A DNA stretch of 64,000 nucleotides from contig MU619334.1 of NCBI GenBank assembly GCA_025201805.1, positions 1-64,000 on the forward strand. The letters run 5' to 3'. Within the stretch, counting starts at the first letter, position 1. Each line of letters opens with the position of its first letter. Positions 11,577-24,788 of this stretch are shown in pieces. The notes below the pieces were generated by a model, which had not been told where the DNA came from, ran no database searches, and saw nothing but the letters and a program-made list of their open reading frames with translations. Position numbers and translations under genes: made by a program. This DNA is from Parasitella parasitica NRRL 2501. Lineage: Eukaryota; Fungi; Mucoromycota.

Positions 11577-14388
11577 TTATGTCAAGTGAGATAGTATAAA
11601 GGGGTGTAAAAATCCAAACAGCATTTGGTAGATTATGATACAATTCATGACAACAATAGTGTTTTGGAGATATCTGTGTAATATTAGTTGGCGGTTTGCA
11701 TTTACAACAATATAAAAACTTACTTGGAGACAACCGCATCTGGGTTTCTTCCTATAGTAACTAGAAACACCAATGTAACCAGCACAGGCAGGTCTTGCAG
11801 TATAGTAAGGATAGACTCTGGGCGTGTGCGTGTCCAACCAATGAGTAAATTCTTGATGAAGACGACGAGTTTTGGGATGTGATATGGTAAAAATGACACT
11901 AGAAATACCAGCCACGATTGCCTATACTTGTAACTGTTCTGAAATAAGGGCAGATCAGACCGTGCTGCATTACGAGCGCAACATGTCATGTATAGCCAAA
12001 CGCTAAAATAGAGTGCAAAGACCACAGAAGAAGGCAAAAATCCAAGTAATCCAGCAACTATACTTGAATGAGCAAAGAAATGATGCTTAGATGACGTTGA
12101 TGAAACGGCATTCTTGCAGCGCATAAATCTAAACGGTAAACTACAGACGAAGACCAAGGTAGAAACTACAAGCCAAATTACAGCGTTCATGCCGACACCA
12201 AGTACGAATGCTAGGATCAATAGACCACCAAGAAGCCAATCGTTATTGCCAAATAACAAATACTTTAGCGCAAACATGTGGGTAATTCGTATATAATTGG
12301 TGACAGCCACGGCAAAAGCCAGCAATGCGATTAATTGCACAAAGGGGCCCTTAAAGCATTGAACTAAGGCAGCTGGATAAGCAATGAATTCGCGCCTTCC
12401 ATTTACAGCATATGCATTGGATTGAGTCATTAGAATAGTTAATGAAGAAACCCAAAGAAAGTTAACCAAAACAGCACCGTAGCGAAGAACGCATCTACCT
12501 AATGTGCCGTACCAATCCAACTTGATTTCAATATCCATAAGCTGCCGATCTGCAAAGAATTGAAGTGATAGCCCGTGATGATCAGGATCTATTTCTTGAT
12601 GAAAGGTGATTCTATCCGACTGGTTTGCTTGTAGATGGCGGTAAAATTTGGCTTCCATGTTGTTTGCAGTCTGCTTCATCATAGGTTTATATAGACCTTG
12701 ACCTTCCATCGAGATTATGTTGACATCAAAAGCAAAGAGTGCGTTGCGAATAAACGGAAATACATGTGTTGTGCTATTGGGGTTCACTTGAAATGCAAAG
12801 CCACGAACCATGATACTCCAAACAGTTGTGTCATGCACAACTATTGTATCTCGATATAGCTGGATAAATGCGTTCCCTGAAAGTTGGCAGTGTTGAACAA
12901 CTGCTAAGAAACTATTGTCGGCAGTATCAATCTCTAATAATCGAAATGGCGTAGAATCAGCCAAGTTGTCTGCAGCTGCCGATGGCAAGACTGTAACCGA
13001 AGGGATGGTGTAGTTACAGTTTTTTTCGTCTCTACACAAAAGCAAAGACCAGCAGTGATCATAGATTCTGTTGATATTTGTCAGTAGCTGTGATTTTGAT
13101 GGAGGCCGAATCAATGTAATTGTGCCTTCATGTTCATTGAATAAAATGGGATCGCTTGGGTTGACCAATGTGTCATGTTTAAGATGCTCAAGATTGACTT
13201 GAGTAACTTGATTGCGGATCACTGAGATATCTCCTCCGTCCAAGAGATTATGTTTGTAAATGCGCATACGATCGTTTACTGTTGTATCATCTACCGCCTC
13301 TAGCAATGTCGAAGCTAGTATACGAATCAATTGATTGCACCACAAGATGGCCATGTGATCTGCTCCTGTCCAAACGCCAGGAATGGATGTTGTGAAGGCC
13401 GTAAAGCCATGTGTCACCGGTATAAAGTTAGCTATATCTACGCTATCTGAATGGACGATATTATCTAGCGCTCCTCCAGCAATTGAAATTAGTGTAAGGT
13501 TGTCAAAGGTGTTTTCTTTCCAAAATTGTGTCAGTTTCTTGTATGTTGTGTAAATTGTTGCGTCTAATAAAAGAGGAGCAGCTATATGAGGTGTAGCGAG
13601 TGTGATCATGTTGGTAATACTATTTGGAATATAATTGGGCAGCATAAACATGGTGCGAGCAACTAGGCCACCCATTGAGTGGCCTATAATAATAACAGAC
13701 TTTGGTGGATCCTTGTACTGGTGTCTGTATAGCGAGAGGATGCTTTCAATTACTTGGTTCATGTATTCAGCTTGGTCGAGCAACGTTTGTCCGCTCAAAG
13801 CTGATAGTTCCTCATTCAAATCAACTATTCATGATGTCAAAATCAACTCCATAAAGCCAAATATATATAATTACCAGTAAAATAATCGATATTGTGCGCT
13901 GATTTTCCCTCGTGATACAAATGCGTTGTCGCCGAAGCCAAGGATCGTATTTGCTTATGGCTTCCCGCCTGCCCTGGAATAAATACTGCAGGTATGCCAT
14001 ACAGCTATATCACACAACAGTAACAGATTAGTTAGCTTTCTGTTTGGCAACTCTACTGAAATATTACCTGATCCGAGCTATCCAAATGACTTTCGCGATA
14101 CAGATATAATTTGTACTTTTTTGAAAAGACGGAATTCGGCTTATCCACAATTTCTATAAAACTGGGATATGCATAGCTCATAACGCAGGTTTGAAGCTCG
14201 TGTCTCTGCAGCGTTTTGAATAAATGGAAATAAAAGCTATCCATCATGGCAAACAATACTAGAGATGTGACAGTAATTAGGGTAGTTTGTTCCAGTCTTC
14301 TTTCTAGAAACCTCGAGCTTAGTAAAACCCAACATATTTTAGCAGAGAAAGCACACCACAAATGTGTTTGCTTCCTAATTGTTGCCAT
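11577..14388 (-). CDS. BST1: GPI inositol-deacylase PGAP1/Bst1, multi-exon
   Basis: CVMSYAYPSF...KYKLYLYRE, VFIPGQAGSHKQIRS, lipase motif GHSMGG and DHMAILWCNQL, followed by multiple C-terminal TM segments. An intron near 11722 links to a last exon ending at 11577. Confidence 0.9.
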
Positions 14389-14580
14389 GCATTTTAATAC
14401 CCGCAATGTTTGACATGTTGAATAAGATAGAAAGAAATTCAAGTTTTATTGTGTTTGTTCTAAATGATGGTTTTCTTTTGATGTATTAGAAGAAGAAGAA
14501 GAAGAAAAGCAAAGAGAGATAATGGAATGCATAACAAAAAGGTAATAAATGATATCTATAAAGTAATTGCAAATGAAAAA

Positions 14581-17500
14581 TTAATCAGATTCAGTGTCGG
14601 GCTCTTTCACACCGCCTTCAATCAACCACTTGAGATGGCGAGCACGACGACGTTCTTCTTGTAACTTGATATCATTTCTGGTCTTTTTCTTCTTTTTGGA
14701 GATCTTTGCCTTGACTTTTTCTTCGTCAATGGCGGTTTCATCATCCACAGAGGATACACCATCCTTGTAAAGTTTACCGGCAATTAACTTCCAGTTTTCA
14801 GGGCACAAAGCGTCCACAAACTCGTTGCTGTGAGAAATCATAACAACAGCACCGTCCCATTTTTTAATGGCTGTAGCAAGACCACCAAGAGCTTCACGGT
14901 CCAGGAAATTAGTAGGCTCATCGAGCACCAGCATATGACAGTTGTTCCACATGGCCGCAGCAATGACAACCTTGACCTTTTGGCCCCCAGAGAGGGCGCC
15001 CATTTTGGTGAATTGAGCAATATCAGGATCGAGGCCGATATCACTAAAGTGTTGGCGAATATGAGGAATCGACAATTCACGGTACAATAAACCTTCGCGA
15101 GATGCTTCTTTATCATCAAATTGTTGGACCAGCTTTTGGAAACCCAAATCAAGCAACTTGTCACGAGAGAACCAACTATTGAACTTGTGAAGATTGTTCT
15201 TCCACTTGATTTCATATTGAAAAGTCTTTTTAAGCTTGGTACGGCCCAATAATGATTCAATTTGACGTTCTTCACCGTTCACAGGGATAAGCTTTTCCAT
15301 TTGCTTCAATTCATCATCACTCCAAGCACGAGTTTCCTTCTCGGCAACTTCTTTATCCTCGCCAGTAGAGTAACGCCATTGCAAATAGTCAGTGGGTGTT
15401 TTTTCAAGATGTTGATTCAAATGGTGGAATGCATGTTGAGCAACGTAGCCAATGCGCAGAGCAGGATGACGCCAGACTGTACCAGTTTGTGGAACTGTCT
15501 CGCCAGTCAGCAGCTTGATCATGGTAGATTTACCAGCACCATTGGGACCAACAACGGCAACACGAGAAGAGAGAGAGAGCGAGGCAGTTGCGTTGTAGAG
15601 GGAAGGCGTCTTGTTACCAGGGTAAGTAAAGGTACAATCGGTGATCTTGAGAATAGCCTTTGTGTTGGATCGCACACCCTGCAAGACAGATGGCTTGGGG
15701 AAGGTGAATTCGATAGTGGAGGCATCAAGACTGTAGTAGGTACGAGCAGCAGGATAAACAGCAACAAAGTCAGAGAGGTTTCCGTGGTACAGACGAAGCT
15801 TCCTCTTTTCGTAATGAAGGATTTGAGTGCATACATTATCTAAGAAACCAGAGTCGTGAGATACAATGAGACAAGTAACTTGGCTTTGATCGTTCAAGTA
15901 GTCCTCGAGCCATTTGATGTTATCTACGTCCAAGTGATTGGTAGGTTCGTCCAACAGGAGAATATCAGCTTTGGAGAGAATAGCACGAGCAAGTTCAAGC
16001 TTCATCTTCCAACCACCAGAAAGCGCAGATGCAGACATTTCAAGACGAGCATCATCAAAGCCAACATGACGCAAAGACTTTTCAATTTCTGAGCGAGGCA
16101 ATCCCTTTAAAAGTTTATCGGCAGCAACATAATCAACAATCTGAAGAGTAGGGTCAGCAGCTTGAGAGTTGTAATCAACCAGAGCAGTGCGAACTTGGTC
16201 TTGAGATGGGAAACCTTCAACCTTGCCAGCATGGATGGCATTCATCAAAGTACTCTTACCAGCACCATTTTGACCACAAAGACCATAACGTTGACCACGA
16301 TGCAACTTGAGTCTAGTATGGCTCAATAAGAGACGGGTACCATAAGCAAGCGAAAAGTCCTCAACATGGCAAATTTCCTCGCCTTCCTGCTCATCGATAG
16401 CAACATCATCGGTATCCTCATTGCGCTTTTTGTACAAACCATGAATTTCTTCAAAAGCGCCATCTACAACACCAGGAATATCAGATTTCATGATGAAAGC
16501 TTTAAGATAGGGAGCAAAAAGTTGTTGCCAGCTCTCCTTGACAAAGGCTTCTTGACGTGACAAGTCAGCGGCAATGGCACCGAGATAGGAAATGTATGAG
16601 ATGAAGAAGGAATCCAAGAAACCTTGAGCCTTGGTAGCAGCCTTTTTGAAAGCAGCTGTAGTTTCTTCAATGGACACTTCTGTCAAGGTACCATCAGCAT
16701 CAGACTTTTCAGTTGCACCACCAGCATCAATCAAAGTCTGCTTTGCCTTGTTTGCCAACACACGAATTTCAGGGAAAGCAGCAGTATCAGCTTGACGCTC
16801 AACACCAGGATATAGTTGAGGCAAAAATTGAGCAGCAGTGCGAGGGTCACGGACAAGCTTACACAAATTATCAGTAATGACTACAGTTTGACGCAAAACA
16901 ATGGTAGAGCGTTCATTCAAAGCACGAGTCAAAAGAGGAACCATGATGGCCAAAGTAGGGCCATTGACCTCGGCAACAAAGGTGGTTTGCGCAAGCTTTT
17001 CAATGGTTTGAGGCACCCGGGATGGATCGCCCATACAGAGAACAAGGTCTTTCAGATGACGGTGTATATCAGGATTACCACCAACACTACATATCTTCAA
17101 CATGGCTTTCTCAGCTGCGGTGGCTACCTCCTTTTTGGTCTCGGCAAGACAGTCAGACACAGCAGGAATGATTTCTGGTAGGCATTCACCAATTTGCTCA
17201 GGAGCCTTCTCAGTGAATCTCTGCAGTAGCTTGAGAGCACCAATCTTGGTTTGCCATTTCTTTGAGTTGCCATTACCAAACCCCATACCTTTAATGAGGA
17301 CAGGCAAAAGAGCCTTAGTAGCTTCAGCAGGAATCATATCGATAAGCGTGCGGCAAGCAGTTTGAGCAGCATCCTGGACGACAGAGCCTTTATCAGCGTA
17401 TAAATCGAGGAAAGAGTCCAGATACTGCAAGAGCAGAGGCTCAACTTCATGCGACATGACCTCCATCATGGAATTGAAGCCGATAAGGCCACCTTCCCTT

Positions 17501-17706
17501 TCTAGACCAGATTTCTTGTTTTTGGTTGATGCAGAAAACTTTTCGAGGATGCCATAGGTTTTGATCATGATCATGCCTTTGGTTTGGACTAGTTTAGCGA
17601 GTTCCTGGGCTGCTTGCTCGACTTGTTCAGAAGTGGGAGCAGTGTTGATCTTGTTAAGAAGGTCAGCAACCATCGTTGCCTGTTCATCTGTGGTGGAAAC
17701 CATCAT
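14581..17706 (-). CDS. NEW1: EF-3-family ABC-F ATPase, New1/Elf1 subtype (HEAT + 2 ABC + chromodomain insert), intronless
   Basis: Walker A GQNGAGKST and GPNGAGKST, LSGG signatures, DEPTN motifs, chromo insert (FQYEIKW). The C-terminus KKKKKTRNDIKLQEERRRARHLKWL...PDTESD resembles the yeast New1 tail rather than Yef3. Confidence 0.85.
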   Translation of the reverse strand: MMVSTTDEQATMVADLLNKINTAPTSEQVEQAAQELAKLVQTKGMIMIKTYGILEKFSASTKNKKSGLEREGGLIGFNSMMEVMSHEVEPLLLQYLDSFLDLYADKGSVVQDAAQTACRTLIDMIPAEATKALLPVLIKGMGFGNGNSKKWQTKIGALKLLQRFTEKAPEQIGECLPEIIPAVSDCLAETKKEVATAAEKAMLKICSVGGNPDIHRHLKDLVLCMGDPSRVPQTIEKLAQTTFVAEVNGPTLAIMVPLLTRALNERSTIVLRQTVVITDNLCKLVRDPRTAAQFLPQLYPGVERQADTAAFPEIRVLANKAKQTLIDAGGATEKSDADGTLTEVSIEETTAAFKKAATKAQGFLDSFFISYISYLGAIAADLSRQEAFVKESWQQLFAPYLKAFIMKSDIPGVVDGAFEEIHGLYKKRNEDTDDVAIDEQEGEEICHVEDFSLAYGTRLLLSHTRLKLHRGQRYGLCGQNGAGKSTLMNAIHAGKVEGFPSQDQVRTALVDYNSQAADPTLQIVDYVAADKLLKGLPRSEIEKSLRHVGFDDARLEMSASALSGGWKMKLELARAILSKADILLLDEPTNHLDVDNIKWLEDYLNDQSQVTCLIVSHDSGFLDNVCTQILHYEKRKLRLYHGNLSDFVAVYPAARTYYSLDASTIEFTFPKPSVLQGVRSNTKAILKITDCTFTYPGNKTPSLYNATASLSLSSRVAVVGPNGAGKSTMIKLLTGETVPQTGTVWRHPALRIGYVAQHAFHHLNQHLEKTPTDYLQWRYSTGEDKEVAEKETRAWSDDELKQMEKLIPVNGEERQIESLLGRTKLKKTFQYEIKWKNNLHKFNSWFSRDKLLDLGFQKLVQQFDDKEASREGLLYRELSIPHIRQHFSDIGLDPDIAQFTKMGALSGGQKVKVVIAAAMWNNCHMLVLDEPTNFLDREALGGLATAIKKWDGAVVMISHSNEFVDALCPENWKLIAGKLYKDGVSSVDDETAIDEEKVKAKISKKKKKTRNDIKLQEERRRARHLKWLIEGGVKEPDTESD

Positions 17707-18149
17707 TTACTAGACTTCTTTTTGTATTTTTCAAGCAAGTAAAGTAAAAAGAGTTGTAGAGTTAATTTGGTCAAAGACAAGGCCAAATGATACGATTTGA
17801 AGAGAAAGGATAACAACTAAAGAGGAATCAGAAAAAAAAAAAAATTTGCATTTTGTGCTGTATTCCTCATCTTAACATCTCCGTTTTTTTTTTAGGGCAA
17901 TCATGATACGACACCCAATCAACTCAATTATAATGCTTCTATTTATGTGGCTTTTTGGTACATGTTCAAAGAGAAAGAGTGTAAAAGCCCGTAAGAGCGC
18001 TTCAATTTTTACAAACTGAGCAACCAAATATCAGCCCGCAAGCCAAGTTAGCATTGGGTTCGACGTGCACGAAAACAGATCCCCCAACAAGGCAACGTGC
18101 TGTCTACCACGAGCGGATGATATGCATTTAATTACGGATTAACTGATAT

Positions 18150-18720
18150 TTGACTCAGACTCGAGATAAGTTGATAATCTCGCAAATCATTCTCATAAAT
18201 GCTTATCAGAATTATTTGCTTCTCCTTAAGCTATTTTACGCATCGATTACCGGATCATTTGTCATTCCAAAAGAACTGATATACAACCATCCCAATTTTG
18301 ATAAAAATCCACGTGCTTTTTCTCACAGTGTAAAGAACCCTCAACTTGATTATAGTTTTATTTATCTCGTAAACCCTTCTGTAAGGTTTAAATAATGGTT
18401 ATAAAGTGCATGAAAACTGGATATGTCGTAGAGGGGCACAAAAGCCTTGATTTTTGACTGAGGGTGGTCTCATCACTCGATGGTATTGTGCCGCGAAGGT
18501 ATTAGAAATAGCAGGCAGCTCTTCGAAGTGAGGGATTTACGCAGTGTAGCATTTATTTCAACCAATAAATATGCATTATTTCAGTTTTTATCGCTGCATG
18601 CCAAAATCTTACGAAGCTACTTATGGTACCTTCTTACTCCCAAATGAAAGCGAACAGCGCAGTAGAAAAGGCAAGATCTGTTATGTAGTATAGAGCCCAG
18701 TAGCTATTTTAAAAAGCACA
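18150..18720 (+). pseudogene. Decayed copy A of a dispersed gene family (KELIYN motif; probably F-box/LRR-like)
   Basis: AYQNYLLLLK...GSFVIPKELIYN. Shares AGAACTGATATACAAC (18272-18287) with 21394-21409 and a near-match on the minus strand at 45849-45864. Boundaries approximate. Confidence 0.5.
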
Positions 18721-21149
18721 AAATAAAGATATGCCATTATTTATTTGTTTATTGACATTAAAAAGAAAAAGAAACGATATGCAAGAGTTGCCCAAACTAT
18801 TTATACTTTTGAGTGCAGACATCAGATGTTGATGATTATGAGACGTATAGTTAATGTTGAACCAGTAGACAAAACCAGTGTCAAGCCATGTAATGCCAAG
18901 ATAAAGTATTAACAAACCAGATATCGACAGGCGAAGAGGAAGAGAGAAAAACCTTGAGTAAAGAATATAGCCATGGTAGAGGAAATACCCATAACATCGG
19001 TAGAATCATTTGCATAATTGAGAGATATATACACGCCGAATTGGTTCTCAGGCACAATAGTATAGCAGCATCGCTACATTGATAGACTAAACCTTAATAT
19101 GACACATTCGTAATTGATCATATTCTTGATAATTCTACATCTATAAAATACCCTATACCAGATCATCTGGACTTCGCATCCAAAACATGCCCAAAAAATA
19201 AAAGAAGATAATAATGATTCAAATTATGTGGTATTTACTTCATTTACAACTGAAACTACTGCATGAAGTTTGTCTTTTGAGGTCATGATTTTCGACGTGG
19301 CCTAGCTATTGCCTCATATTAAGACATGTCCAAGCCATTTATGGTGCTCAATAAAGACACTCATTGCCAACACAGATATGGTACCGCTCGGTTTCAAATA
19401 TTGTCTCAAATCTTCATTGTTATACATCTCGCAAAACTATTAGGTATATCCGATATGTGTCCTGAGCCTTTTATGTCACCACGCAATAAATTAAAAATCA
19501 AGCTATATAGGTTACAAAATTATCTATATACATTTTTATACTGTCATATTTCAAATGTTGTCTAGGCAACTTTCTATTGCTTCTTAAGCAAAAGCACTTC
19601 TGTTTTGAGCAGAACATCCTCTATAAGCTCAACGAATCGATCAATCACATTGATACCTTTATATCCATATTAGTTTCATAATTCACCATGGCTAACTTCA
19701 GCGCTATTTTTTTTCACATTTATCATCAGTTCTAATGACTAGTGATTAGGTGTATTACTGGATGACTGGTGATAAACCATTTTATCAATAGTGATGCTTT
19801 TATCACAAAGACTAAATTCATGACCAGCGATAAATACGATAATCGCTTGCGATTAGCAATTAGCAGCATTGATAAATCAATCACTGGTAAAACATCAGTG
19901 ATTTTGCCTATATATCAATCACTACTGGATGATTCGTAATCATAAAAAATATACTGCTGATACTGTTCATCTACTGAACCATTGATATACATTTATTGCA
20001 AAATTAACCATAAGATTGCATGTATAGGACTAGAGTTTTTGTTTTACAATTACAATTTTATTTAAAAGTGAATATATATTTTCAACTAAAGATATTATTG
20101 AGATTCATAGAAGCATATATATTAGATGGAAGATGATATATATGAACAAGAACAATTAATGAAAAAGAAATCGTATTATAATTTTATAATGAAATATTAA
20201 GACCGTATAGAAAGACAAAAAACAGAGAGAAGCATCATCATTTCTAAAATTGATACTGTATATAGAAAGCAAAATTTAGCTTTGTAGATTACATTATAAA
20301 AAAAAAAGAAAGCGGCTTACCATCATTAAAAGTATACAAATTAGCAAAATCTACAATGGAAATAGCACATTTTGAATAAAAACGACGGAACATGACATGC
20401 TATGATATACAAAATACTAACCAGATTTGATGTCAGTAAAGAGAAGTGTAGATATTTAAAGAGAAAAAAAACAAAGGAAAAGCAAAGTGTGCAGTATTTA
20501 TAGACTCGTGCTAATATCAAAAGCAAATCTAAGGTGCACATTTGTTTTCAGTGATAGCTTTGAGTAAGCTGTGATAAAGTAATCAGTTGCATTCTGTGCA
20601 AAATATCAAGTATTCTACTAGTTATTTCTATGTGATGTAGTATGTGCATGATGAAAATTTCCTATTAACTGAACAACGTCTTTTTTTATTGTCTTGGTGT
20701 TACTGTGAAATACATTCACTATGATGATCTGCATTCCACTTCTAGATTCATCCAGTTACCCTAAATTGATATAGAAGACTACATATGCGCACAGATAATA
20801 AGATGTGCAATAGAGATTTATACTATATAAGATATAAGCTAGAGATGGCACCATTAGGATGGATGACGCTATAGACTTATACTTATATCTGGACACGAGC
20901 CTTAGACATTTACTAGATTTAGTATATGCTGCAATGGAATGGTATAACTAAAAGCGCATAACTGAAAAAATAAGACTCAAATGTCACGCATAGTCAATTC
21001 ATGCCATTCGAGTTCGCATAACATATAAAGTCATATAAATCAAATCGAATTGCAAGTACAATTTAAGACTTATCAATGAATGTCGTGTGAAGGAAAACAC
21101 TCCTGATCAAAGTGCTTTTTCTTACACAATAAACATTTAGAATAAGAAT

Positions 21150-21800
21150 TATAATGACAAAGATATCAATTATGGCAGCTCGTCAATCAATGAGTTTTTC
21201 CCATCATTCCAGATAAGGATATCTTTAACACAATAACTAAAGTATGACGATAGCCATCCTAACACGGCCAACTAATGTTACGCAAATCTCCATCAATGGT
21301 GAAAGCATTCAGCATAATTCGCTTCTCCTGAAAACCTAAAATTAAACGACGACAAATTAACGCATTGACTCTCGGATCAAAGTTTCATACATGAGAACTG
21401 ATATACAACAATTCAGATCCTATAAATATCAAGATGTTTTTCTCTAGATAAAATCTGAGTATACTTTTATAATAAAGAACCCCAAACTTGAATATAATCG
21501 TAATTTCATATCGCTTTTATTTTTATATTTTTTCTTTATTTCGTAAATCTTTCAAATTTACTGCATGTGCTGCTAGCTTATGCCATATAAAATGTATGCT
21601 TCAGATGCGTTTTGTTCCCAGTTTCTAGATACGCACTATATATTGTAATTGAACCTCTTCTTGCAAGGTTTCGAGGCTTATTCAAAGAATACATCTAGGT
21701 CAGATTGCAGAATGTCGGGAAGACATCCTACCCAATCTTCTTTTTAATGTAAAATAGAAGAATAGGTCTGTCCTGGAAATGCTGTGATTTAATAAGGTTT
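21150..21800 (+). pseudogene. Decayed copy B of the same dispersed family
   Basis: ttcagcataattcgcttctcct...cgcattgactctcggatcaa...agaactgatatacaac...taaagaaccccaaacttga aligns with copies A and C, with stops and frameshifts. Boundaries approximate. Confidence 0.5.
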
Positions 21801-22541
21801 GACACTTCTTGTCAAATATCAGATGTTATGTTGATAAACATTAATTGGGATATATTTTAGAATAAATAGAAGAGGTCATATCTTATGTCCATAAAGGTCT
21901 TCGGTTTTGTACTGGTTTTATTCAGAAAAGTCTTTTTTACTTTATATAAATCATATTTACACAACATTACGCTGCGTCCTTTGGCAATGGCACAACAGTA
22001 TACTTATAGCCATAATACTAGCTACAGATACATTATGTACAACAGACTTGCGCAATATGTGCAATGCTATAGATATGCTCATTGCATTCTATAGACATGC
22101 TGCATATACCGATATATGCTAAGATGAATATCAAGAAGTGATATACTCTCAGAAGTACACGTATAATGAATATAGACAGAATAAGACTATTCTAGAAATG
22201 ATATGAGCTTGTGGATTGATATTAATAATCTTTGTATAGAAGATTGTTGATCAGGGTACCTTGGATAAAGTCTATCTCCTCACTCAGATAGATTGAAGTG
22301 TCATCTTTAGTCTGCTGATATTTTGGTTATTAGCACAAAGTTAAGATGCTAGTTGTGGAATCGATATAATTGTTATATGAATTCATGGAAAAAAATATAA
22401 CAAAAAACAATAATGTCAACTTGATAAAGGTGTAGGTTTTTATTATCAAATCGACAGGTGTATAAAGCTCCAGTTCATCTACTGTACAAAATACACTTAT
22501 CAATTATTTATAGATAGCATTCTAACAAATATTCGACATCA

Positions 22542-24788
22542 TTAACAATTTCGAAGCTCTGGCTCAAGATACGGTATGCCAATAATATCAAACGCATCTT
22601 TCTCTGAATGTACAACATATTTTTTTCTCTTCCCATTTTGTTCTAAATAAATTGCTTGACTATTAAGCAACAAATGCTTTTCCTGCAGTTGGATAAGGAA
22701 AATGAATATTTCGCCAATGCTCATCGACATTCCAATAATAGTTCACCCACCTTTTTTGCATAATCGCGAATTGAACGTTCGAATTGTTTTGAACCAGTCC
22801 AACCCAGAATTGCTGTACCAAGCTCATCTGGCCGAACACAAATTAAGTCTACTTGTCGATGAATACCTGTGGAAGGCTGTAAAAAAGCGCAAAAACACTA
22901 GACGAAAAAGTTTCATATCAGTATATAATTGTCAACGAATGTATAGCGCGAACCTTTTCAAAGCTGTCAAATACTTGTTTAGCACCAGTAGACGGTCTTT
23001 CGACATGGCGCGATTTTTTTATTTCTGTGGAATTCCATAATTTGTATTTGAGATAGTTTTTTTCGACGAGGCGTTGGGTAAGTTTGTGCAGGAGACCTTT
23101 CAAAGCATCTGGCTGCTTGGATGATATAATCAAATCCACATCCCCGTTTTTTGGTTTGCCACGACTATGTATGCGCATTGACAAATGGTTAGTCTGCATA
23201 ATTTCATCGGTTTTGAGACTAATTAGACTAGATACCGGTAGCCACCCACAGGTACAACAAAGCAATCACTGTTAATGGACATTATTTCTTTTGTGACAAT
23301 TTCAATAATTTCTTGGGCATTTTCTCGATCCATCCTTGAGAAAAGATATGAGTAAGGCCTCCAAAGCAAGAAAATACTAGACAAAACTTACAATTGATTA
23401 AAATCTGGAAATAATTCGATGCCTAGTCGAACGGTTGCTGTCAGTTTAGCATTTGCAAGCACCTCTTGCAAAGTTCTGTATCCCATATCCCACCAGAGCC
23501 TGGCTGTTGTGACACCAACACCAAAGACCTTGCTGAATAAACTTAATGTCCTAAATTGCTCGTCATATCTCAATTTATCCGCTTCTTCTATAGTGCCCGT
23601 CTGCAAAAACACTTTGATTTTCTCTGTCATCTTCTTGCCCACGCCTAATGAAAAATACATGTAAATGATCTTGAAAAAGTAATCGGTGTATATATACCTA
23701 TTATCTTTTCTGCTTCTTTTGACGATTGTATTTCTCGCGGATAGGCCTGAATAAAAAAAATGAAAAAATCAATGTATTGTTTGTCTTTTTTTTTTTTTTT
23801 TTTTTTTTTTNNNNNNNNNNTTCATACCTTAATTGCTGAAATTGCATGGCGGTAACTCAAGGATCTCTTTGGTTCATTGTCAAGATGTCTCTTTCTTTCC
23901 AACAGTAAAAGCAACGAAATAAGCTTTCTATTGAATTTTGGCTCGTATGGTGTTGGCCGGAGGCATTCGTATTTTGAATTGATGAAACCAGAAGCGATAT
24001 CGACATTCGCTACGATAAATTCGTAACATTTTTAAGTAATGCAACATATATGCGGTGTCTTAGGTGCCATACCTGCCTCTCCTTTCCTAAGTGTTATTAA
24101 AATAATAAGCTATTTGCTTTATTCTAAAAGCGGGCCAAAAGATGTTTACCTAACGATTTCATCATCAAACTGAAGCTCTTCGGGTGGTTGGTCTTTGAAT
24201 CTTCGATTTAATATCTCTGAGTCAGATGAGAAAGAGATGGTTGTTGTCGCCATAGCTGGTGACGACGAGGAGAGCACAAAATCGTCATGATTTGAATCAG
24301 AGGAACGTAGTTTTTTTCTGTCTGTTATAATGGTGTATTTCTCCAATGGCAACAGCTGCTGATTCTTATCACTAGGTTTATCGTTTTACAGAGGGATCAA
24401 TACTGCATGAATTTATTAAAAAAAAAAAAAAACTAGATCGTTTACCAGTCTCGAATCCATTGTATATCAACCACAGGTATCTAAACAAGGATAAATAACA
24501 TGTTAAATCAACGCTACAGCAACGCATTGCATTGATGAAGACCTGATGGTTTTCCACATTTCGACTTATCCTTGAAGAGGATTTCAATACGGTGAAAATG
24601 TGGGTTGAATCTGCTTGATTCCGACTGCTTTTACCGCCTATATCATTACAAGATTAGTACAAGTTTTATTGTTTTGTGTCTTTGTTGCTACCGTTCTTTT
24701 CAATCAAATGTGTATAAACCCCAAGTTCGTACTCGCTCAACTTGACTGAAATAATAAAGCCTCGTAAACCCTCGAATATTTTTGACAT
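22542..24788 (-). CDS. X-family DNA polymerase (Pol mu/Pol4-like) with N-terminal BRCT; multi-exon, one intron spans an N-gap
   Basis: ATG at 24788 (MSKIFEGLRGFII...GGK...QWIRDC, BRCT). YECLRPTP, HhH motifs GVGKK and GVGVTTA, catalytic GGYRRGKPKNGDVD and RQVDLI, LGWTGS, and terminal EKDAFDIIGIPYLEPELRNC. Confidence 0.92.
23811..23820. other. Assembly gap (N run) inside a Pol X intron, next to poly-T
   Basis: N characters in sequence. Confidence 0.99.

Noticed and set aside
14830-17365. Many long antisense or alternate-frame ORFs over NEW1 (also over RPS3, RPS1, VTC4, SVF1 and WC-2, e.g. 52595-53239)
   Set aside because: Shadows of strongly codon-biased genes; no recognisable protein features.
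14581-17706. Calling the gene YEF3 (true EF-3)
   Set aside because: The C-terminal TRN...RRR.R...WL...PDT tail matches New1/Elf1.
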